From: Flavobacteriales bacterium
GTDB lineage: Bacteria; Bacteroidota; Bacteroidia; Flavobacteriales_F; PHOS-HE28
NCBI GenBank assembly: GCA_019638075.1
Contig: JAHBUM010000001.1
Location: 1 to 58,036 of the forward strand
Length of the DNA stretch: 58,036 bases
Direction of reading: 5' to 3'
The notes below the pieces were generated by a model. The model saw only the letters and a program-made list of their open reading frames with translations, did not search any database and was not told the DNA's origin. The position numbers and the translations under genes are program-made. Position 1 is the first letter of the stretch, and the number at the start of each line of letters is the position of its first letter. Below are positions 52,701-58,036 of this stretch, piece by piece.

Positions 52701-55700
52701 GCGCTCAGCGTAAGCGTGACGTTGCCGAGTATGGCATCCGCAGCGCCCGGGATGTACGTGGGCGTGAGCACCGCATTGTTCGGGAAGAACTGGCCCGTGC
52801 CCGAGGTGGTCCACTGGATCTGCGTGGCATCGCCCACCAGCGAACCGTTCAGCTGCACCACCGCATTGTTGGCGCAGTAGCTCAGGTCGGCACCCGCGTT
52901 CACGGTGCCGAAGGGCAGGATCGCGATATGGATGGTGTCGGCTGCGGCAGGGCATACGCTCGTGCCGGTGGCCGTGAGGATCAGGTCCACTCCGGCGGCG
53001 AGCGAATCCGCCGTGCTGGCGTTGTAGATGTTGGCGAGCGCACTGGTGGCGTTCGTGAACGTGCCGGACCCCAGCGTGCTCCACACGCCCGTGTTCGATG
53101 CACCGCTCACCGAGCCGTTCACAAGGATGCTCATGTTGCTCACGCAGGTCACCTGATCGGTGCCGGCGCTCACCTGCGACTCGGGTACGATGGTCACCGT
53201 CATCTGGTCCATCGCGTTGTCGCAGCTGTTCACGCTCCACGTGAAGGTGAGCGTTCCTGCATCGGTCGGTGCGAACTGGTAGACCGCGTTGGCCGCAGCG
53301 GCGTTCGGCACGAAGCCGCCCGCACCCGTGGTGGTCCACGTGCCCTCGGTCGCGTTGCCGGTGATGCCACCGGCCAGTTGCACACTGGTCTCCGAAGCGC
53401 ACACGATCTGGTCGGCGCCCGCATGGGCCACGGCGTTCGGCAGGATGGTCAGCGTCAGCACATCGCTCACAGCGTTGCACAGGCCATTGCCGGTGCTGGT
53501 CAGCGTCAGCGTCACACTGCCGTTCAGCGAATCGAGGCTGCTGGCGATGTAAGTGGCGTTGAGGATGTTCGCGTTCGGGAAGAAGGTGCCCGTACCCGAA
53601 GTGCTCCACACGCCGGTGGTCGCTCCCGCGCTCACCGCACCGTTCAGCGGCACGTTCAGCGCGCTGGAGCAGGCGGTGATATCCGCACCGGCATTCACCA
53701 CAGGCGCAGGTGTCACGGTGATCGTCACCTGATCGGTCACGGCAAGGCAGTTGCCGTTGCCCGTGCTGGTCAGCGTGAGCGTCACACTGCCTTGTTGCAG
53801 CTCGAACGGCGTGAGCGTGTATTGTGCGTTCAGTGCACTGGCATCGGGCGCATAGCTGCCCAGACCGCCGCTCCAAGCACCTCCCGCAGCCACAGTGACG
53901 GAACCACTGAGGTCCACCACCGGGTTGCTCGCACACACGTTCAGGTCAACTCCGGCATTCGCGACAGGTTCAGGCGTGAAGGTGATCAGCACCTGATCAT
54001 TCTCTGCGAAGCAGTTGCCATTGCCCGTGCTGGTCAGCGTGAGCGTCACACTGCCGTTCGCGATCTCCGCTGCCGTCGGCGTGTACACCGGAGCGAACAC
54101 GTTGTTGGCCGGAGCGTACGTGCCGTTGCCACCGCTCCACACGCCACCGTTGGCGTTGGTCACGTTGCCGTTCAGTTGAACAGCGCTGTTGTTCGAGCAG
54201 ATAGCGAGGTCGCTGCCCGCATCCACCACAGGTGCACCAGTGAAGGTGATCGTCATCTGATCGCTCATGGCGTTGCAGATGGTGGTGCCCGTGCTGGTGA
54301 GCGTGAAGGTGATGGAGCCTGCGGCGATCTCATCGGGCGTAGGCTGGTACTGCGTAGCGGTGGCCGTGGCACCCGACACGTAGATGCCGTTGCCGCCGCT
54401 CCAGATGGCTCCGGGCGCGTTGCCCACGAAGCCGTTCAGTTGCAGCGTCGGATTGTTGGCGCAGATCGACTGGTCGGGTCCGGCGTTCACCACGGGAACC
54501 GGATCGATGGTGATCACCATGTTGTCCTGCACCGCGATACAGTTACCGATGCCCGTGGTGGTGAGCGTGAGCGTGGCGCTGCCCGCCGCGATCTCGCCAA
54601 GGCTTGGCGTGTAGATCGCGTTCAAGGTGGTATTGTTCGGGCTGAAGCTTCCTGCCCCGCCGCTCCACACACCTCCGGTCGCGACCGTGACCGCACCGTT
54701 CAATTCCACTTCCGCATCGTTGGCGCAGACGTGCGCATCCAGACCGGCATTCACAGTAGGTGCGGGTGTGAAGAACACCTGCACGGAATCGCGCGCGCTG
54801 TTGCAGCCACCGTTGCCCGTGGAGGTGAGGTACAGCCACAGGCTGCCCGCGTTGATCTCCGCATTGCTTGGCGTGTACACAGCGGATAGGTTGCTGGCGC
54901 CCGGTGCATACGTGCCCGATCCGCCGCTCCACACACCGCCGGTGGAACCTGTTACACTGCCCGCCAATTGCACGGCGGCGTTGTTCGCGCACAAGGTCTG
55001 CGATGCGCCCGCTTCAACCACCGGTGCCGGGGTGAAGGTGATCGTGACGTTCGAAGTCACCGGCGTGCAAAGGCCATTGCCCGTGCTGGTAAGTGTCACG
55101 GTAGCGCTGCCTGCGGCGATCTCAGCGGCCGTGGGCGTGTAGGTCGCGTTCAAGGTGGTCGCGTTCGGGCTGAATGTGCCCGCCCCACTCCACATACCGC
55201 CAGCGGCGTTGAGCACGGAGCCGTTCAATTGAGCGCTCGCATTGTTCGCGCACACTTGTATCGCATTCCCAGCTTGAACAATGGGTGCAGGCGCGATGGT
55301 GATCACCACCTGATCGCTCACCGCGTTGCAGAGGCCGTTGCCCACCGTGGTGAGCGTGAGCGTTGCCGTACCGGCTGCGATCTCCGCTGCACTGGGCGTG
55401 TAGGTCGCGTTCAGCGTGCTGTTGTTCGGGTTGAAGCCACCCGTGCCACCAGTCCAGAGACCGCCCGTGGCCACGGTGATCGCGCCGTTCAGTTGCACGG
55501 TCGCGCTGTTGGCGCAGCTGTTCAGGTCGATGCCTGCGTTGGCCGTCGGAGCGGGCGTGAAGGTGTAGGTCACCTGATCGCTCACCGAGGTGCAACCGTT
55601 GTTGCCCGTTGTTGAAAGTGTCAATGTCACGCTGCCAGCAGCCAGTTCGCCCACCGAGGGTGTGTACACCGGATTGAGCACGTTGGCGTTCGGGCTGAAG

Positions 55701-58036
55701 GTGCCCTGCGCGCCGGACCATGCGCCACCGTTGGCCACGGTCACGCTGCCGTTCAATGGGATGCTCGCGTTGTTCGCGCAGAACACTCCACCATTACCCG
55801 CTTCAGCAGTGGGTGCGGCGGTGAAGGTGATCAGCACGTTGTCGGTCACCGCCACGCAGTTGCCGTTGCCGATCGTGGTCAACGTCAGGGTCAGCGTGCC
55901 AGCGGCGATCTCGGCCGCAGTAGGATGATACACCGCGTTCAACGATGCGATCGAAGGCGTGAAGGTGCCGGCACCACCGCTCCACTGACCGCCGCCAGCA
56001 CCCGTGACACTGCCACCGAGTTGCACATTGGCGTTGTTGCTGCACACGAACAGGTCGTTGCCCGCATTGGCCACCGGCGATGCGATGATGGTGATCGTCA
56101 TCTGATCGGTCACCGCGTTGCACAGACCGTTCTGTGTGGAGGTGAGCGTGAGCGTCGCTGTGCCCAGCGCCACTTCGGCAGGGCTTGGCGTGTAGCTCGC
56201 GTTCAGCGTGTTCGCGTTCGGGGTGAAGGTGCCGCCGCCGCCGCTCCAGACGCCGCCACCGGCGACCGTCACCGATCCGTTCAAGTTCACCGTGGCACCG
56301 TTGGCGCACACCGTGACATCCGCACCGGCGTTGACCACCGGCGTTTGCGTGAAGACGATGAAGACCTGATCCGTGACTTGGGCGCACGTGCCATTGCCCG
56401 TGCTGGTCAGGTTCAGCGTTACCGATCCGTTGTTCAGTTCCGTGGTGCTCGGCGTGTACACCGCGTTGAGCGATGTGATGCTCGGCGAGAAGCCACCGGT
56501 GCCGCCACTCCAGATGCCACCGCCCGCATTGCTAACGGTGGCAGCCAGTTGCACGGCGGCGTTGTTCGAGCACACCGTCGCATCCAGACCGGCATTCACT
56601 ACTGGTGCTGGCGCGATGTTGATCACCACTTGATCGCTCACCGCGTTGCACAGCCCGTTGCCCGTGCTGGTCAACGTAAGCGTAAGCGTGCCCGCCGCGA
56701 TCTCGCCCGGCGTGGGCGTGTAGGTCGCGTTCAGGTTGGTGTTGCTTGGGTTGAAGGTGCCCGATCCACCGCTCCACACACCACCGGTGGCGTTGTTCAC
56801 GATACCGGCGAGCTGTGCCGTGGATTGGTTGGCGCACACCGTGATGTTCACACCAGCGTTCACCACAGGCGCAGGCGTGATGGTGATCGTCATCTGATCG
56901 CTCACCGGATTGCTGTTGCCATTACCCACCGTGGTGAGCGTGAGCGTTACACTGCCCGCCGCGATCTCAGTCGCACTGGGCACGTAGGTCGCGTTCAGCG
57001 CGCCGCTGTTCGGCGTGTAGGTGCCGGTACCGCCGCTCCAGATGCCGCCCGTGGCGATGGTCACTTCACCGTTCAACACCACACTGGCGTTGTTCGCGCA
57101 GATGGTCTGGTCCGGACCGGCGTTGGCGGTGGGCGCGGCACTGAAGGTGATCGTCATCTGATCGCTCGAAGCCGCACACGCGCCGTTGCCCGTGGTGGTG
57201 AGCGTCAAGGTCACACTGCCAGCCGCGATCTCCGCAGCGGTCGGCGTGTACACCGCGTTCACCGTGGTGTTGTTCGGGTTGTACGTGCCCGCGCCACCGC
57301 TCCACACGATGCCCGTGGCGATGGTGAAGGATCCGGCCAATGTGGTGTTCGCATTGTTGCTGCTCACCGTCTGGTCAGGACCCGCGTTCGCCATCGGCGC
57401 CGGGGTGAAGGTGAGTTGTACCTGATCGCTCACCGCCGCGCAGTTGTTGTTGCCCGTGGTGGTCACGGTCAGGATCACGCTGCCGTTCGCGATCTCGATC
57501 GGCGAAGGCATGTAGGTGATATTCTGCGCCGTGCTGCCCGGTGCGTACAGGCCCGTTCCGCCGGACCATTGCACACCCGTGGCCACGGTGATCGCTGCGT
57601 TCAACACCGCGTTGGCGTTGTTGCCGCAGAGCGTTTGATCCACACCCGCGTTCACCGTGGGAGCAGGCGTGATGATGAAGGTCACTTGATCGGTCACCGC
57701 ATTGCACAGGCCATTGCCCGCAGAAGTGAGCGTGAGCGTCACACTGCCGTTCGCGATCTCCGCCGCAGTGGGCATGTAGGTCGCGGTCAGCGTGATGCTG
57801 TTCGGCGAGAACACACCGGCACCACCGCTCCACACACCACCGACGGCGCCGTTCACGGTACCGTTCAGGTTGATCAATGGAGCGTTCGCGCACACCGTTC
57901 CATCCACACCGGCGTTCACGATCGGCGCGGGCGTGTAGGTGATGATGCGTGTATCCGTAGCCGGGGCGCAGTTGCCATTGCCCGTGGTGGTCAGCGTCAA
58001 GGTGATCTGCCCGGCGGCGATGTCCGCAGCGCCCGG
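49751..58036 (-). CDS. giant repetitive cell-surface adhesin (SprB-like class) with two PKD domains and a T9SS type-B (gliding-motility-associated) C-terminal domain; 5' end lies outside the window
   Basis: More than 2760 codons open to the window edge. C-terminus PNAFSPNGDGVNDVFFVRG...ELKIYNGWGELVFE...GWDGTHKGK..INGVYVYSV is the type-B CTD signature. At least 28 tandem modules of about 88 aa. Confidence 0.9.
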   Translation of the reverse strand, partial: PGAADIAAGQITLTLTTTGNGNCAPATDTRIITYTPAPIVNAGVDGTVCANAPLINLNGTVNGAVGGVWSGGAGVFSPNSITLTATYMPTAAEIANGSVTLTLTSAGNGLCNAVTDQVTFIITPAPTVNAGVDQTLCGNNANAVLNAAITVATGVQWSGGTGLYAPGSTAQNITYMPSPIEIANGSVILTVTTTGNNNCAAVSDQVQLTFTPAPMANAGPDQTVSSNNANTTLAGSFTIATGIVWSGGAGTYNPNNTTVNAVYTPTAAEIAAGSVTLTLTTTGNGACAASSDQMTITFSAAPTANAGPDQTICANNASVVLNGEVTIATGGIWSGGTGTYTPNSGALNATYVPSATEIAAGSVTLTLTTVGNGNSNPVSDQMTITITPAPVVNAGVNITVCANQSTAQLAGIVNNATGGVWSGGSGTFNPSNTNLNATYTPTPGEIAAGTLTLTLTSTGNGLCNAVSDQVVINIAPAPVVNAGLDATVCSNNAAVQLAATVSNAGGGIWSGGTGGFSPSITSLNAVYTPSTTELNNGSVTLNLTSTGNGTCAQVTDQVFIVFTQTPVVNAGADVTVCANGATVNLNGSVTVAGGGVWSGGGGTFTPNANTLNASYTPSPAEVALGTATLTLTSTQNGLCNAVTDQMTITIIASPVANAGNDLFVCSNNANVQLGGSVTGAGGGQWSGGAGTFTPSIASLNAVYHPTAAEIAAGTLTLTLTTIGNGNCVAVTDNVLITFTAAPTAEAGNGGVFCANNASIPLNGSVTVANGGAWSGAQGTFSPNANVLNPVYTPSVGELAAGSVTLTLSTTGNNGCTSVSDQVTYTFTPAPTANAGIDLNSCANSATVQLNGAITVATGGLWTGGTGGFNPNNSTLNATYTPSAAEIAAGTATLTLTTVGNGLCNAVSDQVVITIAPAPIVQAGNAIQVCANNASAQLNGSVLNAAGGMWSGAGTFSPNATTLNATYTPTAAEIAAGSATVTLTSTGNGLCTPVTSNVTITFTPAPVVEAGASQTLCANNAAVQLAGSVTGSTGGVWSGGSGTYAPGASNLSAVYTPSNAEINAGSLWLYLTSTGNGGCNSARDSVQVFFTPAPTVNAGLDAHVCANDAEVELNGAVTVATGGVWSGGAGSFSPNNTTLNAIYTPSLGEIAAGSATLTLTTTGIGNCIAVQDNMVITIDPVPVVNAGPDQSICANNPTLQLNGFVGNAPGAIWSGGNGIYVSGATATATQYQPTPDEIAAGSITFTLTSTGTTICNAMSDQMTITFTGAPVVDAGSDLAICSNNSAVQLNGNVTNANGGVWSGGNGTYAPANNVFAPVYTPTAAEIANGSVTLTLTSTGNGNCFAENDQVLITFTPEPVANAGVDLNVCASNPVVDLSGSVTVAAGGAWSGGLGSYAPDASALNAQYTLTPFELQQGSVTLTLTSTGNGNCLAVTDQVTITVTPAPVVNAGADITACSSALNVPLNGAVSAGATTGVWSTSGTGTFFPNANILNATYIASSLDSLNGSVTLTLTSTGNGLCNAVSDVLTLTILPNAVAHAGADQIVCASETSVQLAGGITGNATEGTWTTTGAGGFVPNAAAANAVYQFAPTDAGTLTFTWSVNSCDNAMDQMTVTIVPESQVSAGTDQVTCVSNMSILVNGSVSGASNTGVWSTLGSGTFTNATSALANIYNASTADSLAAGVDLILTATGTSVCPAAADTIHIAILPFGTVNAGADLSYCANNAVVQLNGSLVGDATQIQWTTSGTGQFFPNNAVLTPTYIPGAADAILGNVTLTLSALNSCNAATDALVLELTPAPTVHAGADQTYCNQVSSFDLNGVISGITTTGIWSTTGTGTIANAGSLSTTYAASAADVSAGAITFTLTSLNNANCNVVTDQMTIYLTDGLAANAGPDQSVCVLGTYAQLQGQIINGSPSGLWSATGTGSFVPGPDVLNAQYHFSAADVANGSVVLTLLSTNTGTCPPVQDQLVLTFGNTSFAFAGDDQVVCANSPLVQLNANYSGGAQGVLWSSNGSGFFSNTTDPQASYTLSAADIANGGVQLRVTTITNGSCAPVNDVMQVSVQALPQINAGADIVACTAAPVQLIANAVNAPSGTWTTSGTGTFLNTNALTTLYTPSAADSTAGSITLTVTTIGVAPCAAVSDQLVITFGGGLAATAGADVIACSTDPNIVLNGAVTGTTTGIWSTTGTGSFTPSATALNATYVPGPADFVIGNVSLILRTTENQGCAAGRDTLVVSYHVPPTVDAGASVILCDGLEDVQLNGAVQNAGSVQWFTTGTGSFSPAADVTNAVYTPTANDSIAGGVYLILTGYGTGTCGNTSDSLFVDIGPTRIANAGIDQSICADGNPIQMNGAITGVSGGVWSTTGTGTFLPDNTTLGAAYVPSATDMVFGELRFVLATTGNMGCPAHTDTMVVSLQQKPTVSAGADINVCDASAAVQLGASSTGAAGVLWSSNGAGVFLPSNTDLNATYQPGATDEQLGTVRMILTTTGNGVCAAASDTLFLSFTNPLQPAFGLTNACAGSETRFMDASTTSGSPIIGWSWSFDNGITGNGPQVNATFDAPGEYTATLTVFAQNGCSATSTRTIEVLAAPIAGFSMDGELLAETPIAFADTSMGATNWRYDFGDGQGAITASPVHEYAQPGQYLIVQTVTNANGCMDRDSLLITIEVKDILPPKLPNAFSPNGDGVNDVFFVRGGPFETMELKIYNGWGELVFETTDPTAGWDGTHKGKAEINGVYVYSVVATTTTGETHDRAGKVTLTR
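50520..58036 (-). repeat. coding tandem array of at least 28 modules of about 260 nt (about 88 aa) within the adhesin gene
   Basis: 28 occurrences of the (N/D/E/H/S)AG.D..(V/I)C module start were counted in the translation. Consensus ..AG.D..VC.N...V.L.G.V....GG.WSGG.G.F.PN...LNA.YTP...EI..GSVTLTLT..GNG.C.AV.DQ..I...P.P. Confidence 0.85.

Noticed and set aside
51848-54889. 1013-aa plus-strand ORF
   Set aside because: It is antisense to the repetitive adhesin gene. Arg/Gly/His-rich. The sense strand has the coherent module structure and the CTD.
50520-58036. Regular nucleotide periodicity that might suggest a CRISPR or satellite array
   Set aside because: The period is about 260 nt, the units are diverged, and the region is one continuous ORF encoding protein modules. 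There is no short direct repeat/spacer organisation and no cas genes.

Overview
GC-rich (roughly two-thirds G+C by eye), gene-dense chromosomal segment with Bacteroidota hallmarks: type IX secretion (T9SS) and gliding genes, TAnnTTTG-type -7 promoter boxes, no Shine-Dalgarno sequences, and an atp operon lacking atpD/atpC. The content is mostly core. It includes an F-type ATPase operon (AtpZ-like, atpB-E-F-H-A-G) preceded on the same strand by sprE/porW, a bactofilin and a small membrane protein. Housekeeping genes are dxr, rseP, glyQS, tsaC/sua5 and methylmalonyl-CoA epimerase. Also present are a formyltransferase/deacetylase pair, an M23 peptidase, a GH3-family enzyme, and two mutagenic DNA polymerases (dinB and a roughly 1030-aa DnaE2-like alpha subunit). 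There are two tandem paralogous TPR sensor kinases with one NarL-type regulator, a 2025-aa thioester alpha-2-macroglobulin lipoprotein, and two toxin-antitoxin loci, one with a frameshifted antitoxin. T9SS content comprises SprE/PorW, a PorP/SprF-family gene, two type-A CTD cargo proteins, and a giant (>2760 aa, truncated by the window edge) type-B CTD adhesin built from at least 28 tandem modules of about 88 aa. No rRNA, tRNA, CRISPR array, transposase or integrase was seen. The most interesting signals are non-coding: (1) an identical GATCGAC-N9-GTCGATC palindrome immediately upstream of both dinB and dnaE2, a candidate SOS-type operator; (2) a family of long intergenic hairpins whose arms are tandem 6-7 nt words, including a perfect 30-bp stem inside the atp operon and a 149-nt element with perfect 32-bp terminal inverted repeats, with similar sequence apparently embedded in-frame in dnaE2; (3) a perfect 36-bp palindrome covering the start codon of a DUF2752 gene; (4) several genes whose -7 box sits 4-5 nt from the start codon, a leaderless geometry. 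All calls rest on reading the sequence and ORF translations and on remembered family motifs; no database search was run.
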